From Thermoanaerobaculia bacterium (lineage in GTDB: Bacteria > Acidobacteriota > Thermoanaerobaculia > Multivoradales > Multivoraceae), in contig OY762911.1 in NCBI GenBank assembly GCA_963666565.1, forward strand, positions 2,688,001 through 2,752,000: DNA of 64,000 nucleotides, read 5' to 3'. Positions 10,613 through 21,700 of this stretch are shown here, one piece after another (the stretch's first letter is position 1; each line of letters opens with the position of its first letter). A model generated the notes under the pieces. The model was not told where the DNA came from. It saw nothing but the letters and a program-made list of their open reading frames with translations, and did no database searches. A program made the position numbers and the translations under genes.

Positions 10613-13600
10613 CCTCCGCCGACGGCGCCGGCGCGGGCGAGGGTTCGCGCGCGGCGGGTGCGGTGGTCCGCGCATTCGTGCGCAGCCGGGTGGCCGGCAA
10701 CCTGCTCATGCTGATCGCACTGGCGGGCGGCCTCCTGGTCGCATCCGGAATCGAAGTGGAGTTGATGCCGGCCATCGACACGAGGGTCGTCTCGGTCACG
10801 GTGCCGTATCCGGGCGCGAGTCCGAGCGAGGTGGAAGAGAGCGTCACGCGGCGGATCGAGGAACGGCTGATCGGTCTGCCCGGCGTGCGCCAGGTGCTTT
10901 CGGAAGCGTCGGCGGGGCTCGGCACCGTGGACGTGCAGCTGAAGACCTTCGCCCGCACCCGGGAAGTGGTGGATGAAGTACGCACGGCCGTCAGCCGCAT
11001 CGAGCGCTTCCCGCCGGTCGGCGCGGAGCAGCCGGAGATTGGCACCACGTTCGTCCACGTGCCGGCGGTCACGCTGGCGGTCGCATCGCCGGAGCTGTCG
11101 CCGGATGCACTGCGGCTGGCTGCCGAGCGCGTTCGGGAAGACATGCTGCGGCTGCCGTCGGTGACCAATGTGACGCTGGACTACGCGGCCGCTCGCGAGA
11201 TCGCGATAGAGGTGGACGAGGAAGCGCTGCGCGAGCACGGGCTGACGATCGGCGAGGTGGCGGAAACGCTGGGTGGATCCTCCGTGGAATCGACCTCGGG
11301 GCGGCTCTTGACCAGCGCCGGCGGGCTGGTCGTTCGGGTCAACGACCGGCGGATTACGGCCGCGGAGTTCGAGGATGTCGTGCTGCTCGGAACGCCGGGC
11401 GGCGCGCTGGTCACGGTGGCGGACGTGGCGGAGGTTCGCGAAGGCTTCGGCGACGCCGCCGGCGACAGCGAGCTCGACGGCGTGCCGGCCGTCTTCGTGA
11501 AGGCCCTGGCTACGGTCGATGGCGAGTCGGAGGTGAAGATCGCGCGGGAAGTGCTCGCCATGCTGGCCGGGTACGCGCCGCCGCCCGGGGCGGAGGTTTC
11601 CGTCTGGGAGGACAGTTCGCGGCAGGCGACTTCGCGCCTGGACGCGGTCCTCAACACCGGCGCGTTGGGCCTCGTGCTGGTGTTCGTGGTGCTCGCGCTG
11701 GTGTTCGACCTCCGGCTGGCGACGTGGGTGGCCGTCGGCCTTCCGGTGTCGTTCCTGGGCGCGGTCGTACTCTTCCCTGCGTTCGGCCTGACGTTCAATT
11801 TCGTGACGATCTACGGGCTGATCATGATGATCGGCATCGTGGTGGACGACGCGGTCGTGGTGGGAGAGAGCATCGCGACCGAGCGCGAGCGGGGCCTCTC
11901 GGGGCCGGAGGCCGCGGTAGTGGGGGCACGGCGGGTGTTCTGGCCGGTGGCGGTTGGCGTCGCGACGACGTTTCTGGCCTTCGTTCCGCTGCTGTTCACG
12001 TACGGAGTGGTCGGCCAGGTCATGAACGCGCTCCCCGTCGTTGCGGGCCTGGTGCTGGCGGTTTCGCTGCTCGAGGCGTTCCTGATCCTGCCGTCGCATC
12101 TCGCCCACGGCGGCGACTGGAGCCGCCAGCCGCTGGCGGGGTTGCAGGCGCGCGTGCGGGATGCCATCGACCGGATGCGCGACAGATGGACCGTGCCCGC
12201 GGTTGCCGCGGCGACGCGCCGGCCCGCCACGACGCTGGCGATTGCAGTCGCCGCCGTGGTCGCCGCCGTGGCCCTGTTCACGAGCAACATCGTGCGCTTC
12301 GGCGCACTGGCGCAGTTCCCGACCGGGAAGATCGAGGCCTCGCTGACCTATCCGGTGGGCACGCCGCTCGACGCCACCCGCGTCGGGGCAAAGCAGGTCG
12401 AGGCTGCGGCAAGGCTGACCAACGAGCAACTCGGTTCCCCGATTCAGGGCATTGCCACGGTGGTCGGGCACCATGCGCAACCGGGTCTTGTCCCGGACAG
12501 CGGCGGCCGGGCTACCCATGTCGCTTCGGTGACCTTGCGGCTGCGCGACGAGTCGAACCGCGCCGTCAGCAGCGATGAAGTGATGCGCTCGTGGCGGCGC
12601 AACGTCGGCCAGATCGTCGGCGTCGAGCGATTGCTCTACTCCACGGGGGACGCAAACGGGGTCCCCGCCGACTTCGGCATGGCCCTTGTCCACCCCGACC
12701 CTGAAGCGCTGGAGCGGATCGCTACGGAACTGATCGCCCGGATCAAGGCGTCGCCGGGCGTTATCGATGCCTACGACTCGCTGGTTCCGGGTCGGCGCCA
12801 CCTGGATCTGGAACTGACGCCCGCCGGGCAGGCCGTCGGGCTGACCGGCGCGGATCTCGCCACCCAGATCAGGGGGCGCTTCTTCGGCGCCGAGGTTCAG
12901 CGCATTCAGCGCGGACGGGACGAGATCAAGGTCATGGTGCGCTATCCGGAGGGTCGGCGGGGCAGCCTGGCTGAACTGGCGGACGAGCGCATCGAACTGG
13001 CGATGGGCGGCGACATTCCGCTCTCGGTGGCCGCGCGCGTGGTCGAGACCCGGGACTGGGAGACGCTGAGGCGCATCGACGGCCTGCCGGCGGTCGAAAT
13101 CGACAGTTCCCTCGACACGGCGGCGGTTACGGCTCGAGAGCTCTCCTCTCGCGTCGACGAGTTTCTCCCGGAGCTTGCGGCCCGCTACCCGGGCCTGGCC
13201 GTTGCCTGGAGTGTGGCGGGCGTCGAGGACGACGAACAGACCATGGGCCCGCTCGTCTATACGCTGCCGGTCGCGCTGTTGGTCATGTACACGCTGATGG
13301 CGGTGCAGTTCCGCAGCTACGTGCAGCCGCTGGTCATTCTGACGGCGATGCCGCTCGCGGGCGCGGGCGCCGTGCTGGCGCATTTCGTGTTGGGCTACGA
13401 CGTGACCCTGGCGTCCGTGTTCGGCCTGGTCGCCGTGCTTGGGGTCGTCATCAACGACACGCTGTTGCTGATGGACCGCAGCAACAGTCTGCGCGCGGCG
13501 CATTCGCTGCCGGCGATCGCCGCGATCGCCGGTGCCGTTCGCGAACGCTTCCGTCCGATCTTCCTGACCACGCTGACGACGGTCGTCGGGCTGCTTCCCG

Positions 13601-13782
13601 TGCTCTATCTGAAATCGGAAACGATGGCCAACTATGCGCCGCTGGTGGTCAGCATCGTCGGTGGCCTCGCGGCCGGAAGCGTCGGCATCCTGTTCGTCGT
13701 GCCGGCCATGCTGCTGCTTGGCGAAGGCGTGCGCGAACGCTTCGCGAGCAGGTACGCCGCGGCGACCCGGACCGCGCACTGA
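10609..13782 (+). CDS. Second RND efflux permease
   Basis: YPGASPSEVEE, GIVVDDAVVVGE, GVVINDTLLL, RFRPIFLTTLTT; ATG 10609 overlaps the MFP stop. Confidence 0.92.
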   Translation: MTSADGAGAGEGSRAAGAVVRAFVRSRVAGNLLMLIALAGGLLVASGIEVELMPAIDTRVVSVTVPYPGASPSEVEESVTRRIEERLIGLPGVRQVLSEASAGLGTVDVQLKTFARTREVVDEVRTAVSRIERFPPVGAEQPEIGTTFVHVPAVTLAVASPELSPDALRLAAERVREDMLRLPSVTNVTLDYAAAREIAIEVDEEALREHGLTIGEVAETLGGSSVESTSGRLLTSAGGLVVRVNDRRITAAEFEDVVLLGTPGGALVTVADVAEVREGFGDAAGDSELDGVPAVFVKALATVDGESEVKIAREVLAMLAGYAPPPGAEVSVWEDSSRQATSRLDAVLNTGALGLVLVFVVLALVFDLRLATWVAVGLPVSFLGAVVLFPAFGLTFNFVTIYGLIMMIGIVVDDAVVVGESIATERERGLSGPEAAVVGARRVFWPVAVGVATTFLAFVPLLFTYGVVGQVMNALPVVAGLVLAVSLLEAFLILPSHLAHGGDWSRQPLAGLQARVRDAIDRMRDRWTVPAVAAATRRPATTLAIAVAAVVAAVALFTSNIVRFGALAQFPTGKIEASLTYPVGTPLDATRVGAKQVEAAARLTNEQLGSPIQGIATVVGHHAQPGLVPDSGGRATHVASVTLRLRDESNRAVSSDEVMRSWRRNVGQIVGVERLLYSTGDANGVPADFGMALVHPDPEALERIATELIARIKASPGVIDAYDSLVPGRRHLDLELTPAGQAVGLTGADLATQIRGRFFGAEVQRIQRGRDEIKVMVRYPEGRRGSLAELADERIELAMGGDIPLSVAARVVETRDWETLRRIDGLPAVEIDSSLDTAAVTARELSSRVDEFLPELAARYPGLAVAWSVAGVEDDEQTMGPLVYTLPVALLVMYTLMAVQFRSYVQPLVILTAMPLAGAGAVLAHFVLGYDVTLASVFGLVAVLGVVINDTLLLMDRSNSLRAAHSLPAIAAIAGAVRERFRPIFLTTLTTVVGLLPVLYLKSETMANYAPLVVSIVGGLAAGSVGILFVVPAMLLLGEGVRERFASRYAAATRTAH

Positions 13783-13896
13783 CCGCCGAGGGCCTGCGGA
13801 CAGCTTCGCCCCGGAACCTGCGGGGCAGAAACCGGATGCGCCGGCGTCCCCGCGGGCATCCGGCGCGGAGCGCCGGCTTCTGGACCTTCCACCGCG

Positions 13897-16665
13897 CTAG
13901 TCCTCAACCGGATTCCCGTCCGCGTCGAGGAATCGCATCTCGCCAAGCCCCAGCGCGCGGATCTTCTCCTCGATCCGGACCCGGTCGCCGACGACGATCC
14001 AGACCAGGTTGTCGGGTTGAAGCACCCGGTCCGCCTGGGCGCTGACGTCGGAGAGGCCGACTGCCCGTACGGCGTGCGCGAAGGTGTCCCAGTAGTCGTC
14101 CGGCAGGTCGAAACGGGTCATCTCGACGATGCTCGCCATCACCGCGCCGTTCGTCTCCCACCGCCCCGGCAGGGTCAGCGTGTTCTGGTCGGTCACCTTG
14201 GCCAGTTCGTCCGCGGTCGCGGGCCTCCCGCCGCCGCTCCGGATGCCCCGGATCTCCTTGTCGATCTCGGCCATCGACTCGGCGGTTCGGTCGGTCTGGA
14301 CCGGCGCGAACGCGTAGTAGGGCCGCTGGCCCGCTGCGTCGAGGAGGATCGCGCGGGCGCCGTACGACCAACCCTTGTCCTCGCGCAGGTTCAGGTTGAT
14401 CCGGGACGTGAAGCTGCCGCCCATGATGTCGTTCATCGCCTCGATCCGGAGATTCGCCGGATCGCTCTTGGGCGGCGCCACCTGGCCGGCGAAGACGATC
14501 GACTGCGCCGAGTCGGGCCGGTCGATCAGGTAGACGACCGTCTCGGGTTGCGGCGGGACCTCGGCCAGGTTCTTGGCCGGCACGTCGCCCGCCTCCCAGT
14601 TCGCGAAGCGGGCTTCAACGGCGGGCAGCAGATCCGCCATCCCGATGTCGCCAACGGCGATCAGGGTCGCGTTGTTCGGCCTGAACCAGGTGTCGTGGAA
14701 GGCGCGGAGCGCGTCCAGGCCCATCTCGCCGACCGACTGCTCGGTTCCCGAGCCGGTCAGCGGGTTGCTGTAGGCGTGGCCTTCGCCGTAGAGGATGCGC
14801 GGCAGGACGCGCTGGGCCATCGCCACCGGCTGGACCTTCTCGCGGCCGATGCCGGCGAGCTGCTGTTGCTTCAACCGGTCGAACTCGGCCTCGGGGAAGG
14901 AGGGGTTGAGGACGACGTCGGCGAACAGGTCGAGCGATGCGTCCAGGTTCTCCACCAGCGCGCTCATCGAGACGCTCGAGGCGTCCAGATTCGAGCCGGC
15001 GCCGAGGGTGGCGCCGAGGCTGTCGAGCGCGTCGGAGATCGCGAGCGCGTCGCGGGAGGTCGTCCCTTCGTCGAGCATCGACATCGCCATGCGCGCCGTG
15101 CCGGGGAGCGCGAACTGGTCGGAGGCGTAGCCGGCGTCCAGCAGAAGCGTGAAGTTGACCACCGGGACCGCGTCGCGCCGCGCCAGGACGACCTTCAGAC
15201 CGTTGCCTAGCTCCGCTGTGTCGCGGGCGGGGAACGAGGCGGAGGGGAACTCGGCGACCTCCGGCGGGCCGGAGGACCGGTCGACCGTGCTGGCGGTCGT
15301 CGTGTAGGTGGCGAAGGGGCGGACTTCGACGGTCAGGACCCCGTCGTCCAGCCACTCGACGGCGGCGGCGTGGACGTCGGAGGCGGTCGCGGTCAGCAGG
15401 TTCTCCTGTTGCCGCTTGTGGCCGTCCGGGCTGCCGAGGTAGACCTCGCTGGCCGCCAGCACGTCGGACTTGCCGCCGAAGCCGCCGATCCGTTCGACGC
15501 CGCGGACGAAGCTCGCCCGCTGGCTGGCCTGGGCGCGCGCGAGTTCTTCCGCGGTCGGCCCGGACGCGAGGAAGGACTGGATCTCCTCGTCCAGCACCGC
15601 CTCGACCTCGGCCAGGTCCTGTCCCGGCTGCGCGGTCGCGATGACGAGGAACAGGCTGCCGAACTGGCGGGTCATGACGAAGGCGCTGACATCGGTGGCG
15701 GTCCGGTCGTCGTAGACCAGCCGCTTGTAGAGGCGGGAGCTCTTGCCGGCGGCCAGGACGTCGCTGGCTAGGGAGAGATGGTCGACGGACTTGTCCTTCA
15801 CCGTGGCGACGTTCCAGGCCTTGTAGACCCGAGCCTGCGGCACGCGATCCTGGAGGACGATCCGGCTCGGCTCGCTCCGCCGGGCGAGCGAAACGTCCGG
15901 CTTGATCAGCGGCGGCCCGGACGGGATGTGGCCGAAGTACTTCTCGACCCGCGCCTTCACGTCCTCGGCGTCGACGTCGCCCGCGACGACCAGGACCGCG
16001 TTGGCCGCGCCGTACCAGGTGTCGAACCACTCGTGCACGTCGGCCAGCGAGGCGGCGTTCAGATCCTCCATCGAGCCGATCGTCGAGTGGTCGTAGGGGT
16101 GGCCGTCTGGGTAGGTGTTCTCGAAGATCGTCAGGAAGACCTTGCCGTAGGGCTGGTTCTCGCCCTGGCGCTTCTCGTTCTGGACCACGCCGCGCTGCTC
16201 GTCGAGCCGGGCCTGGTCGACGGCGGCCCGCATGTGCCCCATGCGGTCGGACTCCATCCACAGGGCCATGTCGAGCGCGGTCGTCGGCACCACCTGGAAG
16301 TAGTTCGTCCGGTCCTGGTTCGTCGTCCCGTTCATGCCGGTGGCGCCGACGCGGTCGAAGGGCTTGAAGTAGTCGTCGTTGAAGTGCTCGCTGCCGTTGA
16401 ACATCAGGTGCTCGAACAGGTGCGCGAACCCGGTCTTGCCGGGCTTCTCGTCGCCGGCGCCCACGTCGTACCAGACGTTGACGGCGACGATCGGCGCCTT
16501 GCGATCCTCGTGGACGATCAGGCGCAGCCCGTTGTCGAGCACGTACTTCGTGTTGGGGATGTCGACGATGTCGGCCGACGGGTTTCCGGTGTCGGCGGAC
16601 TCGCCGCAGGCCGTGGCGAGGATCAGGAGGCAGAGAGCAGAGGTAGCGCCGGGCAGTCGCTTCAC
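13897..16665 (-). CDS. M16 (pitrilysin/insulinase family) zinc peptidase, fused two-half form, probable lipoprotein
   Basis: Inverted zincin motif TGFAHLFEHLMF; LNLREDKGWSYG in the second half; GTG 16665 after SD aaggag; lipobox-like LATA-C. Confidence 0.93.
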   Translation of the reverse strand: MKRLPGATSALCLLILATACGESADTGNPSADIVDIPNTKYVLDNGLRLIVHEDRKAPIVAVNVWYDVGAGDEKPGKTGFAHLFEHLMFNGSEHFNDDYFKPFDRVGATGMNGTTNQDRTNYFQVVPTTALDMALWMESDRMGHMRAAVDQARLDEQRGVVQNEKRQGENQPYGKVFLTIFENTYPDGHPYDHSTIGSMEDLNAASLADVHEWFDTWYGAANAVLVVAGDVDAEDVKARVEKYFGHIPSGPPLIKPDVSLARRSEPSRIVLQDRVPQARVYKAWNVATVKDKSVDHLSLASDVLAAGKSSRLYKRLVYDDRTATDVSAFVMTRQFGSLFLVIATAQPGQDLAEVEAVLDEEIQSFLASGPTAEELARAQASQRASFVRGVERIGGFGGKSDVLAASEVYLGSPDGHKRQQENLLTATASDVHAAAVEWLDDGVLTVEVRPFATYTTTASTVDRSSGPPEVAEFPSASFPARDTAELGNGLKVVLARRDAVPVVNFTLLLDAGYASDQFALPGTARMAMSMLDEGTTSRDALAISDALDSLGATLGAGSNLDASSVSMSALVENLDASLDLFADVVLNPSFPEAEFDRLKQQQLAGIGREKVQPVAMAQRVLPRILYGEGHAYSNPLTGSGTEQSVGEMGLDALRAFHDTWFRPNNATLIAVGDIGMADLLPAVEARFANWEAGDVPAKNLAEVPPQPETVVYLIDRPDSAQSIVFAGQVAPPKSDPANLRIEAMNDIMGGSFTSRINLNLREDKGWSYGARAILLDAAGQRPYYAFAPVQTDRTAESMAEIDKEIRGIRSGGGRPATADELAKVTDQNTLTLPGRWETNGAVMASIVEMTRFDLPDDYWDTFAHAVRAVGLSDVSAQADRVLQPDNLVWIVVGDRVRIEEKIRALGLGEMRFLDADGNPVED

Positions 16666-16705
16666 GGGCGGTCTCCTTGAGTCAAGAGGGGCGGTTGATC
16701 CGTAG

Positions 16706-18628
16706 TCACCAGGCGATGCCGTAGTCCTCGCCATAGTCGCTGGCGCCGCCCCACATGGTCCCGTTCTCGCGGTCGAACCAGATCGCGGTGATCGGTCCGG
16801 AAGTGCGGTCCAGCGCGCGAACGCGGTAGCCCATGCGGCGGAGTTCCGCCCGTACCCAGGGCGGCACGTCGCGGTGGACGTCGAGGTCTCCCGGCCGGGA
16901 CTCGTGGGCGCCGAAGGAACTCTGCATCTGGTGGCTCGTGACGTTGGCCGCCTCGACCGCTTGCTGGACGTTCATGCCGAACTCGAGGACGTTGAGGAAG
17001 AACTGGAGCAGGTTCTGGTCCTGCGTGTCGCCGCCCTGGACGGCGAAGGACAGGTAGGGCCTGCCGTCCTTGAGCGCCATGCCGGGGGTCAGCGTGGCGC
17101 GGGGCCGCTTGCCAGGTTCGGGCAGGTTGTACGGGTTGAGCCCCGGATCGAGCACGAAGCTCTGCATCCGCTGGCTCATGCCGATGCCGGTGCGGCCGGC
17201 GATGACGGCCGGGATCCAGGCGCCGCTGGGCGTCACCGAGACGACCCAGCCGTCGGCGTCGGCGGCCTGGATCGAGGTCGTCCCGGCGGTGAAGGCTTCC
17301 TCGTAGGTCATCCGGGACAGGGGAGGTCGGCTGGCCGCCGCCTGCTGGAAGCCCTGCTCGCCCTCGGCGTCCGCCGCCGGCGGGATCGGCGTCCACTCTT
17401 CGAGCAGATCGAGGAAGGGGTTGTCGCCGTTCTGGAACCGGTACGGGTCGCCGGGGCGCGCGCCTTCGTCGTTCTTCTCCCAGTCGATCGACTCGTAGCG
17501 GGCGCGGGCGTAGTCCTTCGAGAGCAGTCCTTCGAGCGGCTCCTCGGGCGGGTAGTAGGGGTCGCCGTAGTAGAAGTCGCGGTCGGCGAACGCGAGGTTC
17601 ATCGCCTGGTAGAGCGCGTGGATGTAGCGGGCCGAGTTGTAGCCCATGCTCTTCAGGTCGGCGTTCTCCAGGATGTTGAGCGCCTGCAGCATGACCGGGC
17701 CCTGGACCCAGGAGGTCAGCTTGTAGACCTCGACGCCGCGGTAGTTCGTGCGGACCGGTTCCTCGATGTGGACCTGCCAGCGGTCGAGGTCCGCCATCGT
17801 GACGAGCCCGCCGAGCTCCCCCGAGCCGCGGACGAACTCCTCGGCGATGTCGCCGCGGTAGAAGCGGTCGTAGGCCGCCGCCAACGCCTGCTCGCGGGTC
17901 TTGCCCTGCTTGAGCGCCGCGGCCTCGGCTTCGACCAGCTTGTGCAGCGTGTCGAGCAGGTCCGGCTGGCGGAAGATCTCCCCGGCCCGCGGCGCCGCGC
18001 GGCCGTCGCCGTCCCCGGACGACGACAGGTGGGGAAGGAACACCCGCGCCGAGTCCGGCCACTGTTGGAGCATCTCCCGGCGGCGCTCCATGTTGTCGGC
18101 CTGGGCGCGCTCGATGGGGTAGCCGTCCGCCATCTGGATGGCCGGTTCGAGTACGTCGGCCAGACTCATCGTGCCGTAGCGCGAGAGCATCGCGATCAGG
18201 CCGCCCGGCGTCCCCGGCGTCACCGCCGCGAGCGGCCCATACTCCGGCGGATAGACGTGGCCCTTCTCCCGGTAGAACTCGACCGTCGCGCCAGTCGGCG
18301 CCGCGCCGAGCGCGTTGATCCCGACCACCTCGTCGCTCCGCGGATCGAAGATCAGCGCCTGCGTTTCGCCGCCCCAGCCGAGGGTGTCCCACATCGTTGA
18401 CGTCGCGGCCAGCATGGCGCACGTGGCGTCAACGGCGTTGCCGCCGCGGGCGAAGATCAGCGCCCCGGCGGTGGCGGCCAGCGGCTTGCCGGTGACGGCA
18501 ACCCAGTGGCGGCCGTGGAGCACGGGCTTGACGGTGCGCTGGGCGAGAGCCGGAGCGGCGACGCAAACGGCGGCGACGGCGAACGCCAGGAAACGAACGC
18601 GGAAACCAGGGGCCGGCGTGGGGGTCAT
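16706..18628 (-). CDS. ggt: Gamma-glutamyltransferase family protein with signal peptide
   Basis: GGNAVDA, AIQMADGYP, FYRGDIAEE, AFADRDFYYGDP, nucleophile region GTTSIQAADADG, PGKRPRATLTP, GGDTQDQ. Confidence 0.92.
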   Translation of the reverse strand: MTPTPAPGFRVRFLAFAVAAVCVAAPALAQRTVKPVLHGRHWVAVTGKPLAATAGALIFARGGNAVDATCAMLAATSTMWDTLGWGGETQALIFDPRSDEVVGINALGAAPTGATVEFYREKGHVYPPEYGPLAAVTPGTPGGLIAMLSRYGTMSLADVLEPAIQMADGYPIERAQADNMERRREMLQQWPDSARVFLPHLSSSGDGDGRAAPRAGEIFRQPDLLDTLHKLVEAEAAALKQGKTREQALAAAYDRFYRGDIAEEFVRGSGELGGLVTMADLDRWQVHIEEPVRTNYRGVEVYKLTSWVQGPVMLQALNILENADLKSMGYNSARYIHALYQAMNLAFADRDFYYGDPYYPPEEPLEGLLSKDYARARYESIDWEKNDEGARPGDPYRFQNGDNPFLDLLEEWTPIPPAADAEGEQGFQQAAASRPPLSRMTYEEAFTAGTTSIQAADADGWVVSVTPSGAWIPAVIAGRTGIGMSQRMQSFVLDPGLNPYNLPEPGKRPRATLTPGMALKDGRPYLSFAVQGGDTQDQNLLQFFLNVLEFGMNVQQAVEAANVTSHQMQSSFGAHESRPGDLDVHRDVPPWVRAELRRMGYRVRALDRTSGPITAIWFDRENGTMWGGASDYGEDYGIAW

Positions 18629-18739
18629 CGGGGCAGCTTATCGCCGCGGCGGAACCGTGCTGGCCGCTGGCTGATCTAGTTTCTCGTTGTCCTCGCCGAC
18701 CACTCGTCCGTAGGGCCGTCGACTTGGAATCAAGACGCA

Positions 18740-21700
18740 CTAGTCCTGGACCGCAGGATCGCTCGGTTCTTCTGCGTGCTGGTTCCAGGCGTGGGCGAAG
18801 AAGCCGTAGCGTAGTCGTCCGTGCCACCGAGTCCACGGGATCGGGAACACCCTTGGTTCCACGGTCTCGGTTGAGTCCACGACGTACAGCCAGTACTCGG
18901 CTCCGTCTTCCTGCTGCAGCGCGTCGTTGACTTGGCGGGCGGACAGGAGGACGCTGGCGTCCTTTCCTTCGAATCGTCCCTGCACGCCCTTCACTTCAAT
19001 GCGGCGGAGCTCCCGGCCGGTCTTCGGGTCTCGGCTGAGCACGTCGAAACCGGGCTGGCCGTCTGGCGCTTCCAGAGCTTCTCGACCCTGCCTCTTCTCG
19101 AACTCCACGACCGCTCCGCGGGCTCTCTTGTCGCTTTTCGGCCCCGTCCTCGTCTTGGCCGAAGTCCTGCTGGCCGCGTTCGACTTCGACTCGCCGTCGC
19201 GCTTGGACTCGACGAAGACCGCGACCTGGTTCGCCGCTGGCCGTTCGGAGACCTTCTTCGGTTCCCTCGGTGCCGTTTCGACGACTGGCTCTCTGACTTC
19301 GTCGCTTTCCGCAACAGGCTCGTCGTGGTCGTTCGGCCTCAGGTCGTCGAGATCGGTCTCCACGCCGAGTCCATCCGCCAGCGTCTTGAGATGTGTTCGG
19401 AACAACCTCGAGTCCTCCAGCGCGAAGAGCGCTCCGGTCAGCCACGCGACCTCGTGGCCTCGCTGGCCAAGTCGGAAGTGGTTCACGAGCTGGTCGGCTG
19501 CCTCGACGGCGAAGCTCGACGGCTCGCCGGCGAGCCGGAGGATGTCGCCCTCGGCGTAGGCCGCGAGGCGGCGCTCCGTGTCTTCGACGCGCAGAGTCAA
19601 GTCCTCGTGGAAGGTCAGTTGCCGGATCTCCCGTCGATCCCCGAGCAGGGCCAAGGTCTGGACAAGTTGCTTGAGTCGGCCCGTCCACGGCGTCTGGCGA
19701 TCAACCGTCCTGCCGGGCAGGATCGTGACTTGGTCAGACAGCAAGGGAATGTCGAGGCGCTCGGCGACCCGGCGAACCGATTGGGCCGTTTCTCCCAGGT
19801 GGGCCGCCGCCACCGCGATTCGACCGCCGGAGAGCGACTGGCGGATGAACGGCGACTGGACATCGTCGACTATGAGCGAGGAGTTGTCCACAGGCCACCA
19901 CTGACCTTGCCCATGAAGCCGGGCGCGCTCTCGGTTCTCCTCCCAATGCGAAAGTGGTAGATCCCCGGCGTCGAGATCATCGAGCGCGTAGCGGTAGGCG
20001 GCGGCGATTCGGCTGCGAACTCGCTCCACTTGCGCAGGTCCCTCGTCCCACACAAGCACCAGGAAGTCCAGGGCTTGACGCCCCGTTGTGGTTGCCGGAA
20101 TCGAAGGGACGAGTTCGGCCACGATGGCCGCCAAGTCGTCGCTGACGGAAGACAAGGGGACGACCCAACCACCGAGATCGCTTCGTAGACCCTCGCCTAC
20201 GCCGCAGCGGCGGACGGCACGTCTGACCAAGGGTACGTCGTGGAGCGTCACGCCGTCGAGCGCGGCGTCAAGTTCGGCTCGTGTGACGAGTTTGGTACGG
20301 TACTCCTCTTGCACTTCCCGAAGGAGGCTGGCCAGTTCGGCGTCTGGCATCTCTTCCTCCCCGCGCAGCACGAGACGGCGGAGCGCCGGTGACTTCGGAA
20401 TGTTGTCGCCGAACGCGATGCCCTCTTGCCGCAGTACCTCGGCGAACTCCGAGTCAATGTCCGCGACCGGCGCATCTTCGTAGTCGGGATGGGGGGAGAG
20501 CAGCGCATCGCCCGGCTTGCGCCGTTTCCCGTCCGCGCAGAGCAGCCAAGCGTGGTGGCGTAGATCCTGAGTCCAGTTACACGGTGTCGTCCCGCGTCTC
20601 GTCTTGGTGCCGTAGAAGCTTCCTTCGGCTCGCTTCCTTCCACGGTGCCTAAGGGAGCTGGGCCTGTCGCTCAACCAAACCTGCAGTGCCTCGGCGGGAA
20701 CATCGGCGACGGGGAAGGGAAACTCGTAGTCCAACACCCTGTAGCCGCCGTTCGCGCGGGTCCTCGGCGGTTCAGCACCGATTTGTCGCTGGACCATCCA
20801 GTAGTCTGTGGAGGATGTCCTCAACTCCCGGAGCTTGACTTGGCCTGCGACGCCGAGTCGCTCCAGGAACAGGATCACCGCCCGTCGGCCTTCGATGAAG
20901 GCGTAGTCCTCGACGAGTGCGGGCCTGTTCTGGAAGAGGTCCCGGCGACATCGGCCATGGTCGACAAGCGGGTCCGCGAGCAAGGCTTCGCGGGGTCTGC
21001 GAGCTCCATCCTCCGTCATCACAAGGGGCACGAGATCCTGGCGCCGTTCGCCCCGCCGGAGTGCCCATTCGAGGAGTTCAACCAGCGGGAGATCGTCCTT
21101 GTCCTCGACCGCGTCACAGGCTCTCTCAACGACGGACGCGAGTTTCACGTCCTGCTGCAGGCCCTTGAGCCATGCGGCGCCGGGATGGCGCGATTGTCTC
21201 ACCCGATTGCGTAGCCCTGCCGGAAGCCGCTGATCCGGTTGGGGAAGGAGCCCCGCGAGTGCCTTCGCGACAGCAGGACCGCTCAGCTCCTTTTCGGAAG
21301 GCGGCTCTTCGTTCAGGAAACGCGTGCGTCCTGCCGCCAGCCATGTACCCGCCTCGGTGGGGACGGCTGGCACGTCTTGCCATCCTCGATCGTCGATGCC
21401 GTGCCAAAGCGCGAACAGAGCATCCGTACGCTCATCCTCGGGCAGTTCGGCCAACGCGTCCCACCAAACGGGCAGCGTCTCCGACCAGCGAACGTCGCCT
21501 CGTTCCACGCTACCTGCGCAGCCGAGCCAACGCAGAAAGTCGACGCCACGCTTACCGAGGACTCCCTCCTGCACGAGTTCCCGGTCGAACAACAGGTCCG
21601 GGCGCCAGTCAGGTCGGCGACCGAAGTCCTCCCGGAACCCGCGAGGGAGGCGGACGGCTCTGCTCAGACTGCTGTATCCGCCCGGTTCGGTCCCATGAAT

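Noticed and set aside
13783-13896. Inverted repeat ccggatgc..gcatccgg between convergent RND and M16 genes
   Set aside because: Short GC hairpin compatible with an ordinary terminator; too weak to call and not a copy of the REP family.
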